Counted from the first letter of the stretch, positions 38,110 through 49,958 are shown. The stretch: DNA of 64,000 nt from Prosthecobacter sp. (GCA_041395065.1 JAWLBG010000007.1:46165-110164), one strand, 5' to 3'. Notes: generated from the sequence alone by a model not told the origin. Made by a program: numbers and translations.

Positions 38110-39552
38110 ATGAAGCCCCATCCCTCATCCCCGATCCCTCATCCCTCACCTCTCCTTCACCAAACTCGTCGTCACTTCTTCAGCCGCTGCGGGGTCGGAG
38201 TCGGCTCGATGGCGCTGGGCTCGCTGCTGGCGCGCGACAACGCGCTGATGCCGAAGCGCACGCACTTTCCCGCGAAGGCAAAGAACGTCATCTTTATGTT
38301 CATGGCGGGCGGCCCGTCGCAGCTCGACATGTTTGAGCACAAGCCCGAACTGCAGAAGCGCAACGGCCAGCCGATTCCGGAGAGCTTCACCAAAGGCAAA
38401 CGCTTTGCCTTCATGGACAGCAGTCATCGCAACAACCTGCTCGCCACCAAGTTCTCGTTCCGCCAGCACGGCCAGTCGGGCGCGTGGGTGAACGACCTGC
38501 TGCCGCATACCGCGGGCATCGTCGATGAACTGGCCTTCATCCACACCTGCAAAACGGATCTCTTCAACCACGCGCCGGCGAAGTTCTACATGAACACCGG
38601 CAGCGGTCTGTTCGGACGTCCGAGCATGGGCGCATGGGTCACCTACGGCCTCGGCAGCGAGTGCGATGATCTGCCAGGCTTCGTCGTGCTGCAAAGCGGG
38701 CCGCGCGGGCCGCGTGGCGGTGCGGTGCTGTGGAGCAGCGGAGTGCTGCCCACGACGTATCAGGGCGTGCCGCTGCGCAACACCGGCGATCCGATTGTGA
38801 ACCTTTCCTCGCCAAAGGAGATCGATGCGAAGCAGCAGCGCCAGGTGGTCGACGCCGTGCGCGAACTCAACTTGAAGCGTCTCGTCGAAACGGGCGACCA
38901 GGAGATCAGCACGCGCATCAATGCGTATGAAATGGCCTACCGGATGCAGACCAGTGCTCCGGAACTGATGGACATTCAGGGCGAGAGCCAGGCCACGCTC
39001 GACCTCTACGGCATCAAAGACACCAAGGAGACCACCTTCGCCCGCAACTGCCTGCTCGCACGACGCCTTGTCGAGCGCGGCGTTCGATTTGTGCAGCTCT
39101 ACGACACCAACTGGGACCACCACGGTGGACCCACCGAGAATCTCGAGAAGCACATGCCGATGAAATGCGCCGACATCGACCAGGCGGGCGCAGCTTTGGT
39201 GAAAGATCTCAAGTCACGCGGTCTGCTGGACGACACCATCGTGATCTGGGGCGGCGAATTCGGCCGCACGCCAATGGGAGAGGTGCGCGAGTCCACCGGA
39301 CGCAACCACCACATCGACGCCTTCACCATGTGGTTCGCCGGCGGCGGCTTCAAACCGGGCGTGCAATACGGCGAGACCGACGAATTCGGCTTCGGCGCCG
39401 TCGAGAATCCCGTCCACGTTCACGACATTCACGCGACGATCCTCAACCAGCTCGGCCTCGATCATCAACGACTCACCTTCCGCTCCCAAGGTCTCGACTT
39501 CCGGCTCACCGGCGTCGATCCGGCGCGCGTCGTGAAGGAAGTGCTCGCGTAG
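38110..39552 (+). CDS. DUF1501 family Tat-exported protein
   Basis: TRRHFF, FMAGGPSQLDMF, RPSMGAW, NCLLARRLVERGVRFVQ, WGGEFGRTP, HVHDIHAT. Confidence 0.95.
   Translation: MKPHPSSPIPHPSPLLHQTRRHFFSRCGVGVGSMALGSLLARDNALMPKRTHFPAKAKNVIFMFMAGGPSQLDMFEHKPELQKRNGQPIPESFTKGKRFAFMDSSHRNNLLATKFSFRQHGQSGAWVNDLLPHTAGIVDELAFIHTCKTDLFNHAPAKFYMNTGSGLFGRPSMGAWVTYGLGSECDDLPGFVVLQSGPRGPRGGAVLWSSGVLPTTYQGVPLRNTGDPIVNLSSPKEIDAKQQRQVVDAVRELNLKRLVETGDQEISTRINAYEMAYRMQTSAPELMDIQGESQATLDLYGIKDTKETTFARNCLLARRLVERGVRFVQLYDTNWDHHGGPTENLEKHMPMKCADIDQAGAALVKDLKSRGLLDDTIVIWGGEFGRTPMGEVRESTGRNHHIDAFTMWFAGGGFKPGVQYGETDEFGFGAVENPVHVHDIHATILNQLGLDHQRLTFRSQGLDFRLTGVDPARVVKEVLA
38119..38153 (+). repeat. Right arm: five heptamer repeats (consensus CATCCCT), inverted relative to 37670-37704
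   Basis: CATCCCT CATCCCC GATCCCT CATCCCT CACCTCT; translated as HPSSPIPHPSP in the DUF1501 N-terminus. Confidence 0.9.
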
Positions 39553-39592
39553 CGATGGCCCGTCACCGAATCCCCGCCCCAACCACACACGG

Positions 39593-41338
39593 ATGAATCG
39601 ACTGCTTTCCCTTTTTGTCTTCATTCTTGCAGCAGGCATCGCTCATGCAGAAGCGCCCACGTTGCATCCAAAGGCCACCGCCTTTCCGTTCACTCATCAA
39701 GGTCCGTTTGTGACCACTGCCGACGGCGGCGTTCTTTGCATCGACTCGAAAAACGCTCTCCGCAGCACCGATGAAGGTCGCACTTGGAGCAGCACGCCGC
39801 TCTTTGCCGATGCGACGAAGTTTGCCGTGAGCAACGAGCGCGCCCTGCTGCGCACGCGTGAAGGTGTCGTCATCTCCGCGTGGATGAATGGCGCAGAGCG
39901 CAAGCAGCCGAAGGGCTGGCATTGGGGCGAGAAGAGCGTGGCGTGGACGGACTTCGTGCTGCCGACTTATACTTGTCGCAGCACTGACGATGGCAAGACC
40001 TGGGAGACGCCGGTGAAGCTCAGCGTGCCATGGTGCGGCTGCATTCACTCGCTCATTCAGATGAAGGGCGGTCGTCTCGTGCTCGTGGGCCAGGAAATCA
40101 TCCCGCAGTGGCGGCATGCCACGGTGATGTGGGTTTCCGACGATCTCGGTAAAACATGGCAGCGCGGTGATGTGCTCGATTACGGCGTCGGCGCACACGA
40201 CCACGCCGGCAGCATCGAGGGCAGCGTGATCGAGCGCAGCGATGGCTCGCTGTATCTGCTGCTGCGCACCGAATCTGGCTACTTGTGGGAAGCGACTTCC
40301 AAAGATGGCCTGAAGTGGACCGGTTTGAAGCAGACGACGATCAAGTCGGTCACCTGCTGTCCGCAGATGGCGCGCTTGAGCGATGGACGCATCGCGCTGC
40401 TGTGGAATGCGCCACCTCGCCATGATCCGAAGAGCGGGAGCAGCCGTGTTGAGCTGTCGCTCGCTTTTTCGAGCGATGAAACGGTCTCGTGGAGCAAACC
40501 GGTCATCGTCGCCGCGAGCTACATTGCCGGCGGCCGGGTGTCCTATCCGTATTTGTATGAGCGCAGGCCCGGCGAGCTGTGGATCACCACGATGCAGGGC
40601 GGTCTACGCATGAAGGTGAATGCCGCCGATCTTGGCGAGGGTGAGATTCCCGTCTTCGTGCCGCCGCCGAAGGCCGTGCCAAAACCCGGCAGCATCTTCA
40701 TGTTTGGCGACAGCACCACCGCACCGCGCGGCAGCGTGAAAGTGTATGCCGACCGTGTGAACACGATGCTTCAAAGCATCGGCTCCTCCATGGGCGTTTA
40801 CAACGCGGGCGTGCGCAGCAACACCACGGTGCAGGCTGTCAAACGTCTGCAGATCGACGTGCTCGCCTACAAGCCGCGCATTGTTGTCATGCAGTTCGGC
40901 ATCAACGACAGCGCCGTCGATGTTTGGAAAAAGCCGCCTGCCACTGAGCCACGCGTGCCGCTGGCCGAATACCTCAACAACTTCCGCGCCATGATCACCG
41001 CAGCGCAGAAGCAGGGTGCCAAGGTGATCGTTATGACCACCAATCCGCTGCGCTGGACGTCCAAGCTGCGCGAGCTTTACGGCAAGCCGCCTTATCACCC
41101 CGAATCCGACGACGGTTTCGATTCCCCCTTCCTTGCGAAGTACAACGACGCGTTGCGTGAGCTTGCGAAGGAAATGAACGTGCGCCTCGTCGACGTTCGC
41201 GCCGAGTATCCGGGCTTTGCCGCGAAGCACAACGTCACCATCGATGATCTGCTGGTCGACGGCATGCATCCGAACGATCTCGGCCACCAGCTTGTCGCCG
41301 AGCTTCTGGTGACGGCCATTCGTGATGCGGTGCGGTAA
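39593..41338 (+). CDS. Secreted sialidase-like BNR propeller fused to an SGNH/GDSL esterase
   Basis: Asp-boxes STDEGRTW, STDDGKTW, SDDLGKTW; SYP; then FGDS, NAG, GIND, DGMH. Confidence 0.9.
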   Translation: MNRLLSLFVFILAAGIAHAEAPTLHPKATAFPFTHQGPFVTTADGGVLCIDSKNALRSTDEGRTWSSTPLFADATKFAVSNERALLRTREGVVISAWMNGAERKQPKGWHWGEKSVAWTDFVLPTYTCRSTDDGKTWETPVKLSVPWCGCIHSLIQMKGGRLVLVGQEIIPQWRHATVMWVSDDLGKTWQRGDVLDYGVGAHDHAGSIEGSVIERSDGSLYLLLRTESGYLWEATSKDGLKWTGLKQTTIKSVTCCPQMARLSDGRIALLWNAPPRHDPKSGSSRVELSLAFSSDETVSWSKPVIVAASYIAGGRVSYPYLYERRPGELWITTMQGGLRMKVNAADLGEGEIPVFVPPPKAVPKPGSIFMFGDSTTAPRGSVKVYADRVNTMLQSIGSSMGVYNAGVRSNTTVQAVKRLQIDVLAYKPRIVVMQFGINDSAVDVWKKPPATEPRVPLAEYLNNFRAMITAAQKQGAKVIVMTTNPLRWTSKLRELYGKPPYHPESDDGFDSPFLAKYNDALRELAKEMNVRLVDVRAEYPGFAAKHNVTIDDLLVDGMHPNDLGHQLVAELLVTAIRDAVR

Positions 41339-41355
41339 GATTTGGCCAACATGGC

Positions 41356-41382
41356 TGCAACAGCCGCATTCCCCGCGCGTCT
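41356..41382 (+). promoter_or_regulatory. Putative ECF-sigma promoter
   Basis: TGCAAC-N16-CGTCT ending 7 nt before ATG 41390. Confidence 0.5.
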
Positions 41383-41389
41383 GATTGTC

Positions 41390-42112
41390 ATGCGTTTTCT
41401 CTGCCCGCTCTTCCTTGTCACGTTGATCACCGCTTCCGCCGCCGATGCGCCGAAGAAACTTCCTGCACCCGTCGAAACCGATTCGCGTCTGCATGCCGAC
41501 GGCAAAGGCTGGCGGCTCGACAAGGCGAAGATCACCGATCCGAAGCGCCCGCGCGTGCTGCTCGTCGGTGATTCGATTCTGAACGGCTACTTGAAGACCA
41601 CCGTCGCCGCGCTGGAGGGGAAGGCGTATGTCGATGCCTGGGTGAACCCCTACAACCAGTCCGAGCACCTCAACAAAAACATCCTGCCGGAGGTGCTCGC
41701 GAACGGCCCGTATGACGTCGTGCATTTCAACATGGGACTGCACGGCTGGCAGGAGGGCCGCATCAAGCCCGGCACCTTCGAGCCGCTCACGAAAGGTTAT
41801 GTCGAGGTCATCAAGGCGAAGCTGCCGAATGCAAAGATCATCTGGGCCAGCAGCACACCTGTGACGATGAAAGACAAGCCCGCGGAACTCGAGCCCGAAA
41901 TCAATCCCGTCATTGTCGAACACAATCGCATGGCCGCTAAGGTCATGGCCGAGATGAATGTGCCTGTGAACGACTTCTACTCGCACCTCGTCGACAAACG
42001 CAGCCTCGCGCGCGGCGACCGCTTCCACTGGACCGCACCCGCGTATCAGATGCTCAGCGACCTCTGCGTTCAATCCATCCTCAAAGTACTCCCAGTCACC
42101 AACCAGCCATGA
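41390..42112 (+). CDS. Secreted SGNH/GDSL hydrolase
   Basis: LLVGDSI, FNMGLH, WASSTP, DRFH. Confidence 0.88.
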   Translation: MRFLCPLFLVTLITASAADAPKKLPAPVETDSRLHADGKGWRLDKAKITDPKRPRVLLVGDSILNGYLKTTVAALEGKAYVDAWVNPYNQSEHLNKNILPEVLANGPYDVVHFNMGLHGWQEGRIKPGTFEPLTKGYVEVIKAKLPNAKIIWASSTPVTMKDKPAELEPEINPVIVEHNRMAAKVMAEMNVPVNDFYSHLVDKRSLARGDRFHWTAPAYQMLSDLCVQSILKVLPVTNQP

Positions 42113-42891
42113 AATCACTCCTGTTCCCGATTCTGTTCGCCACTGCTGCCTTCGCTGCCGACGACGGCTTCACATCTCTCTTCAATGGCAAAGACCTCAC
42201 CGGCTGGGATGGCGATCCGAAGCTGTGGAAGGTCGAAAACGGCCTCGTCATCGGCACCAATCCCGCGCCCGAGGCCATGGCAAACAACAGCTTCCTCATC
42301 TGGCGCAGCGGTACCGTGAAGGATTTCGAATTGCACGCCACCATCCGCGTCATTGGCGACAACAACAGCGGCATCCAGTATCGCAGCCGCGAGCTGAAGG
42401 ACGTCGCCCCGTGGGTCATCACTGGCTACCAGTGCGACATCCATCCAGCCATCGAGCACACCGGCATGACGTATGAGGAGAAGGGCCGCGGCATCTTCGG
42501 CCTCAACGGTCACAACGTCATGCTCGACCCCGACGGCGCACTCTGGGAACTCAGCCAGCACGAACCCGTGAAGGTCGATGTCAGCCAGTGGAACGAATAC
42601 GTCATCATCGCGAAGGGCAACCGCCTCCAGCACTTCATCAACGGCCAGCCCACTTCCGAACTCATCGACCACGACGAGAGCAAGCGCGCATTGGAGGGCC
42701 TCCTCGCCATCCAGCTCCATCGCGGCAATGCCAACCGCGTCGAGATCAAAGACCTCCGCCTCAAAGTCCTGCCCGAAGCATCACTCGTACCCTTCGAGCC
42801 CGCGAAACTGCCTACTACGGCGACGAAAATCGAAAAGCCGCGCACGAGTCGCCCACAGGGCACGGGACCGGTGGTGCCGGTGAAGAAGTGA
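42109..42891 (+). CDS. Secreted DUF1080 protein
   Basis: [36 protein letters not shown]. Confidence 0.9.
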   Translation: MKSLLFPILFATAAFAADDGFTSLFNGKDLTGWDGDPKLWKVENGLVIGTNPAPEAMANNSFLIWRSGTVKDFELHATIRVIGDNNSGIQYRSRELKDVAPWVITGYQCDIHPAIEHTGMTYEEKGRGIFGLNGHNVMLDPDGALWELSQHEPVKVDVSQWNEYVIIAKGNRLQHFINGQPTSELIDHDESKRALEGLLAIQLHRGNANRVEIKDLRLKVLPEASLVPFEPAKLPTTATKIEKPRTSRPQGTGPVVPVKK

Positions 42892-42906
42892 GCCAAATCT
42901 CACGCC

Positions 42907-42935
42907 TTGCCGTCGCCCAGCCCGTTTGCTAAACT
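42907..42935 (+). promoter_or_regulatory. Putative sigma70 promoter giving a leaderless transcript
   Basis: TTGCCG-N17-TAAACT with a TG extension, ending 6 nt before ATG 42942. Confidence 0.6.
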
Positions 42936-42941
42936 CACACC

Positions 42942-43178
42942 ATGAACGCCACCGCCGAACAGCTTGATCAATACCTGCGCGAGGCTGATCCAGCCACCGC
43001 CCACACGGTCGAAAAGATCGTGGGACTGCTCATCCAGCGGTTTCAGACAGGCGATGGCAGCCAGAACGGTCAGCAGCCATCCCCGTCAGGCGCTTACCGC
43101 ATCAAAACCCACCAGATGGGAGCCTTTCGCCCCGGTTTTGATCCTCACAAGCTCGGGCAACTGCCGGAGGATTTCTGA
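42942..43178 (+). CDS. Putative VapB-type antitoxin
   Basis: Small ORF directly upstream of a PIN gene; C-terminal YRIKTHQMG.FRPGFD..KLGQL.EDF. Confidence 0.7.
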   Translation: MNATAEQLDQYLREADPATAHTVEKIVGLLIQRFQTGDGSQNGQQPSPSGAYRIKTHQMGAFRPGFDPHKLGQLPEDF

Positions 43179-43184
43179 ATCCTC

Positions 43185-43616
43185 ATGTTCGTCGTCGACG
43201 TCAATCTCCTCATATACGCGGTGAACGCGGATGCGACGGAACACACCAACGTAAAGACCTGGCTGGAGACGGAGATCAACGCCGGAACGCCCATCGGTAT
43301 GCCATGGGTGGCGTTGCTGGGTTTCGTTCGTTTGTCCATCAATCCGAAAGTGCTCAGCCAGCCGCTCACGCTGGATCAGGCGCTTGAACAAGTGCGCGAC
43401 TGGCTTTCGTTGCCGAATGTTTCCGCACTGGAACCTGGCAATGACCACCTCACCTGGTTCACCGCTGCTTGTCAGGCCGTGAACGCTGGTCCCAACCTCA
43501 TCACCGATGCCCACCTCGCCGCCATCGTGCAGGAACATGGGGCAATCATGGCAAGCTGTGACACGGACTTTGGACGCTTTCCGGGGCTGGCGTGGGTGAA
43601 TCCGCTGGTGCCTTGA
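43185..43616 (+). CDS. vapC: VapC-family PIN-domain ribonuclease toxin
   Basis: VDVNLLIYA, NLITDAHLAA, SCDTDFGRFPGL.W.NPL. Confidence 0.92.
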   Translation: MFVVDVNLLIYAVNADATEHTNVKTWLETEINAGTPIGMPWVALLGFVRLSINPKVLSQPLTLDQALEQVRDWLSLPNVSALEPGNDHLTWFTAACQAVNAGPNLITDAHLAAIVQEHGAIMASCDTDFGRFPGLAWVNPLVP

Positions 43617-43663
43617 AGAGGCGATAACTTGGCAACGAAAAGTTGCAAAACAGAAGAGTGAAA

Positions 43664-44212
43664 ATGAACCAACGAGCAATCGCAATTCATGAAGCATCCC
43701 ATGCAGTTGTAGGCATTTGTTTGGGCAGGTCAGGCCTGCTGAAGTATATCAGTATAGTTGCCACACAAGATACGAAAGGTGGTTGCCACTGGGATGTGCT
43801 AAGGGGCAAATGTCCGCCAGATGAGCAAGGTCAGGAGATTGGGATATGTTGTGCAGGTCCTGTGGGCCAAGTTTTATATGCGCCAGACTCACTTGGTGAA
43901 TACTCGTCAAAGTTTCAAGAAACCATCTTTCAGCCAGATGAGGTGCTTGAAGAAGCGGGTTGTGCTGGCTGGGCATCAACGGACTTAAATCAATTCATAG
44001 CAATGCGACGCAAACGATGGCCGCTTGATATGTTCACTGAAGTTGAAGCTCCTCTGAAGGAGCTTTTACGTCGTTCCTCCGTCGAAGGAGCAATTTTGGA
44101 GTTGGCCCATTGTTTGGAATCGCTTCGGGAAATTGATGGCGCAGCAGCCGAACAAATCATCAAAAGGCACCTTTCGCCTCATGACTATGTTGGAAAAGCT
44201 TATCTCGCGTAA
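43664..44212 (+). CDS. Stand-alone HExxH metallopeptidase domain (M41/FtsH-protease-like), low GC
   Basis: AIHEASHAVV, CAGPVGQ, WASTD, ILELAHCLESLREIDG. Confidence 0.65.
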   Translation: MNQRAIAIHEASHAVVGICLGRSGLLKYISIVATQDTKGGCHWDVLRGKCPPDEQGQEIGICCAGPVGQVLYAPDSLGEYSSKFQETIFQPDEVLEEAGCAGWASTDLNQFIAMRRKRWPLDMFTEVEAPLKELLRRSSVEGAILELAHCLESLREIDGAAAEQIIKRHLSPHDYVGKAYLA

Positions 44213-44362
44213 GCACACCAAGATATATCAGAACTTTTTTCGTCCACCGTCGTCATTCACTTCGTTGATAAGCTCGATTTTTTCATAACGATGAAACGAA
44301 AGATGCTGCACCTCGACCGCCTAGCGCGGGAGGGCATGAAGTGCATCACGTTCTACTTGTGG

Positions 44363-44389
44363 TGCAACATAAACGACTCCTCCCCGTTC
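44363..44389 (+). promoter_or_regulatory. Putative ECF-sigma promoter
   Basis: TGCAAC-N16-CGTTC ending 7 nt before ATG 44397. Confidence 0.5.
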
Positions 44390-44396
44390 CCGCTCC

Positions 44397-45269
44397 ATGC
44401 ACCGCGCACTCCTCTTCATTTTCCTCACCCTCAGCCCTTCACTCTTCGCCCAAAAGGCCAAGGGCGGCAAAGCCAGCACACCGCCGCCTACCAAGCCACC
44501 GCTGGTGAGCGTGGACATCACAAAGCTGCCGGAGGGCACGACGCATCTCGATCTGTGGTTGCTGTGCGGGCAGTCGAACATGAAGGGGCGCGGATTCATG
44601 CCGGAGGAGCCGAAGAATGATTCGCGCATCGTCATGATGCATCTCAAGGACGACCAGTGGTATCGCGCGCGGCATCCGCTGCACCTCACGGGCGATGCGC
44701 AGACCTTCAAGGGACATGACAACGCCGGTGTCGGCTCCGGACTGGCCTTCGCCGAGGTGCTCGCGGCGCAGGACAAAACCGCTGCCATCGGTCTCGTGCC
44801 CTGCGCGGTCGGTGGATCATCCATCAAGCTCTGGCAGAAGGGCGCGAGGCTTTACGACGAGGCGATTCGTCGTGCGAAGCTCGCGTTGCAAACCACCGCG
44901 CCGGTCAAAGCACGCATTCGCGGCATCCTCTGGCTGCAGGGCGAAGCCAATGCGAACGCCGAGGAACTGCCGCTGCACGCCGACCGCCTCCGCGCGATGA
45001 TCGAAGCCTTCCGCGCCGATCTTGAACAACCGGATCTGCCCTTCATCGCCTGCACTATTGGCGAAATGAAAGGTGAGCCGCAGGTTTCCTCCCAGAAGGC
45101 GATGAACGAGATCCTGCTGGCGCTGCCGAAGTCTGTCCCGCACACCGCCTGCGTCGATGCGCGCGATTTGAAGACGCACATCGGCGACAGCGTCCACTTC
45201 GACACGGCGGCCCAGGAGGAAATCGGCAGACGCTTCGCGGCGAAGGCGACCGGACTGGTGTCTCCGTGA
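44397..45269 (+). CDS. Sialate O-acetylesterase / CE6-like (SASA domain)
   Basis: CGQSNM, PCAVGGS, WLQGE, DSVHF. Confidence 0.9.
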   Translation: MHRALLFIFLTLSPSLFAQKAKGGKASTPPPTKPPLVSVDITKLPEGTTHLDLWLLCGQSNMKGRGFMPEEPKNDSRIVMMHLKDDQWYRARHPLHLTGDAQTFKGHDNAGVGSGLAFAEVLAAQDKTAAIGLVPCAVGGSSIKLWQKGARLYDEAIRRAKLALQTTAPVKARIRGILWLQGEANANAEELPLHADRLRAMIEAFRADLEQPDLPFIACTIGEMKGEPQVSSQKAMNEILLALPKSVPHTACVDARDLKTHIGDSVHFDTAAQEEIGRRFAAKATGLVSP

Positions 45270-45334
45270 TCCTGACAACGCTTTAGGCAGGAATTCGGGG
45301 AAAGAGCCGGGCGGCAGAGGCGGTTCAAGACAGC

Positions 45335-46741
45335 ATGCGGCTCCTTCTTCCCTTCCTTCTGTTCGGCTCCACCGCCCTCGCTGAAATCCATCACGCGCAA
45401 GGCGAGATGTCCGGCGAGGTGTCCGCGAACACCGTTTTGTTGCAGTCCCGCCTCACCGCGATTCCGGGCCCGGTGCTGGATGAAAACGGCGATGTGCCCG
45501 GCAAGGCGGGCGTGGCCTGCTTCGAGTGGAGCGAATCGCCTGAATTCGCCGGCGCCAGACGCACCGAATGGCTGGAGGCGAAAGCGGACCACGACTACAT
45601 CGTTCGCGTGAAGCTCGACGGCCTGAAACCGGGCACGCGGTATCATTACCGGCTCGTGTTCGGCGAAACGCAGGACGCGGTGCAGACCGGACCAGCCCGC
45701 AGTTTCAAGACGCTGTCTGAATCCGGCGACGTGACGTTCTGCATGGGCAGCTGCATGAACTACCACTCTTTCATGAGCGGCAAGGCGAACGGCGGCGGCC
45801 CCACGACGGCCACGGCGGAGGACAAGCAGCTTGGCTATCCCGTCTTCGCCGCCATGACCTCGCTGAAGCCGGACTTCTTCATCGGCACGGGCGACATCGT
45901 TTATTACGACCATCCACCGCAGACGGCGGCGAAGACGCTGCCGGAGTTGCGGAAAAAGTGGCACGAGGAGTTTCGCTTCCCGCGCCTGATCACCTTTTTC
46001 GCCCACACGCCCGGCTACTGGTCGAAGGACGACCACGATTTCCGCTTCAACGACGCCGACCTCGGCAACGCCAAGCTGCCCGCGCCGAGCACGGGCATCG
46101 AGATCTTCCGTGAGCAGATGCCAATCTACGAGGCCGGAGATCGCACGACGCCCACCTATCGCACGCACCGTGTCCACAAGCACCTGCAGCTCTGGTTCAT
46201 GGAGGGCCGCGACTTCCGCTCGCCAAACAAGATGAAGGACGGCCCGGAAAAGACGATCTGGGGACGCGAGCAGCGCGACTGGCTGCAAAAAACGCTCAAG
46301 GAAAGCGATGCGAAGTGGAAGGTCATCGTCACCCCGACGCCAATGGTCGGGCCGGATCGCAACAGCAAGACGGACAACCACGCGAACCTCAACGGCTTCA
46401 AATACGAGGCGGACAGCTTTTTCCAGTGGCTGCGCGACAACGGCCTGAACAACGTCCTCACCTTCTGCGGCGACCGCCACTGGCAGTATCACAGCATTCA
46501 CCCGCTGGGGGTGGAGGAGTTCTCCGTCGGGGCCTTGAACGACGAAAATGCCATCCGCGGCGAGAAACCCGGCGGCCCGAAGACGACCGACCCGGAAGGC
46601 AAGATCAAGCAGCCCTACATCTACGACAAGCCCACCGGCGGCTTCCTGCACGTCCGGATCGGCGACGACGGCAGGCTGGTGCTCACCCATCACGACGACC
46701 ACGGCGTGGTGATGAACCGGGTGACCAAGGAGAGGCCCTAA
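45335..46741 (+). CDS. PhoD-family alkaline phosphatase
   Basis: GLKPGTRYHY, FGSC-like MGSC, GDIVYYD, KDDHD, GRDFRS, GDRHW. Confidence 0.88.
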   Translation: MRLLLPFLLFGSTALAEIHHAQGEMSGEVSANTVLLQSRLTAIPGPVLDENGDVPGKAGVACFEWSESPEFAGARRTEWLEAKADHDYIVRVKLDGLKPGTRYHYRLVFGETQDAVQTGPARSFKTLSESGDVTFCMGSCMNYHSFMSGKANGGGPTTATAEDKQLGYPVFAAMTSLKPDFFIGTGDIVYYDHPPQTAAKTLPELRKKWHEEFRFPRLITFFAHTPGYWSKDDHDFRFNDADLGNAKLPAPSTGIEIFREQMPIYEAGDRTTPTYRTHRVHKHLQLWFMEGRDFRSPNKMKDGPEKTIWGREQRDWLQKTLKESDAKWKVIVTPTPMVGPDRNSKTDNHANLNGFKYEADSFFQWLRDNGLNNVLTFCGDRHWQYHSIHPLGVEEFSVGALNDENAIRGEKPGGPKTTDPEGKIKQPYIYDKPTGGFLHVRIGDDGRLVLTHHDDHGVVMNRVTKERP

Positions 46742-46824
46742 GCGCAGGATTGGCGGATAGAAAGCCCGCCGGGCATGGAATCTGCGGGCCCCTCGGGGTT
46801 GCATGAGGGCATCGTCGCGTCTAG

Positions 46825-49059
<2,235 letters not shown>

Positions 49060-49072
49060 GGCACGCCATAAT

Positions 49073-49798
49073 TCAGGCGCTTTCTCGTTTGCGAATAGCT
49101 TTGCCCAAAGCGCTGATCATGTCTGCTACATAAGACATTTGTCTTGCCTCATCTATGCTCAGGCAAAGATGCCCGTGCTCGTTAACGGCATATCTTCCGA
49201 AATTGAGTTTGCGGGCATGAGTTGACGCAAGGAAGCAAAATAAAATCCCATTGATGATGATCCTGTAGACGACGTGTCCTTTGACACGAATCCTATCAGG
49301 TGGGCTAAGCCATCCGGTTTCAAAGGTGCCATCAAGGAGGATAGGAACTAGCAGGCAAGGGTAGTCGTCGGATGACAACGGATCCTCACTAAGTAGCGAT
49401 TGGCGAAGTTTCTCTTCGAGGGGCCCAAGCGTGACTTCCCTCCAAAAGTCTCCTCTTGCCACACCCATTCGCCATAGAAGCGATAATAGAAAAAGTTTGA
49501 ATTTGGGGTAATCGATTCCCTCCAGATTGACTACCTTGTTTGCTCGAGACAAAACCTTTGCTTTGTCGCCGAACAGAACCCTGCAGGCGTAGTCCTCCCA
49601 CTTCGAAAAGCGATTTTCGCACTTCTCGCAAAGAAGTTTTTCCCTCATGCCTTTCTGCATGTAGCGCTCTCGTTCCTTTGGGTCTGACGAGATGACGAGT
49701 GCTCGATGCTTTGCATCGTAGATAGGTTTGTACTGAAACTCGGGTATGATATGAGAATTCCGTAGTGTGTCAGTCGAATGGCATAGTGCGCATTTCAT
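49073..49798 (-). CDS. Low-GC zinc-binding HNH-like hypothetical protein
   Basis: CALC...SHIIP...LLCEKCENRFS; start probably ATG 49798. Confidence 0.65.
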   Translation of the reverse strand: MKCALCHSTDTLRNSHIIPEFQYKPIYDAKHRALVISSDPKERERYMQKGMREKLLCEKCENRFSKWEDYACRVLFGDKAKVLSRANKVVNLEGIDYPKFKLFLLSLLWRMGVARGDFWREVTLGPLEEKLRQSLLSEDPLSSDDYPCLLVPILLDGTFETGWLSPPDRIRVKGHVVYRIIINGILFCFLASTHARKLNFGRYAVNEHGHLCLSIDEARQMSYVADMISALGKAIRKRESA

Positions 49799-49958
49799 GG
49801 CGGACACATCTAGCAGAACATCCCATGCTTCGTTCATCTCATTTGATGCCATCATAGCATGCGATCGCCTTTTAAGGCACTTCACGTTCAGCCCGGCTGC
49901 TCTAGTAAATCGATAGGCCAATCGACTGAATTTGAAGCCGGTGATTGCTGATGACGCT

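Noticed and set aside
37670-38153. CRISPR array or IS element
   Set aside because: The repeats are 7-nt tandem units without spacers; there is no cas gene, transposase or obvious target-site duplication.
44213-44362. AT-rich spacer with ORF 44291-44620 and a short minus-strand frame ending ...DDGGRKKF
   Set aside because: The ORF overlaps the esterase out of frame; the minus-strand frame is interrupted by a stop and resembles no family.
44425-44450. Possible third heptamer arm in the SASA esterase signal peptide (CTCAGCC CTTCACT CTTCGCC)
   Set aside because: Too degenerate to distinguish from ordinary Leu/Ser/Pro codons.
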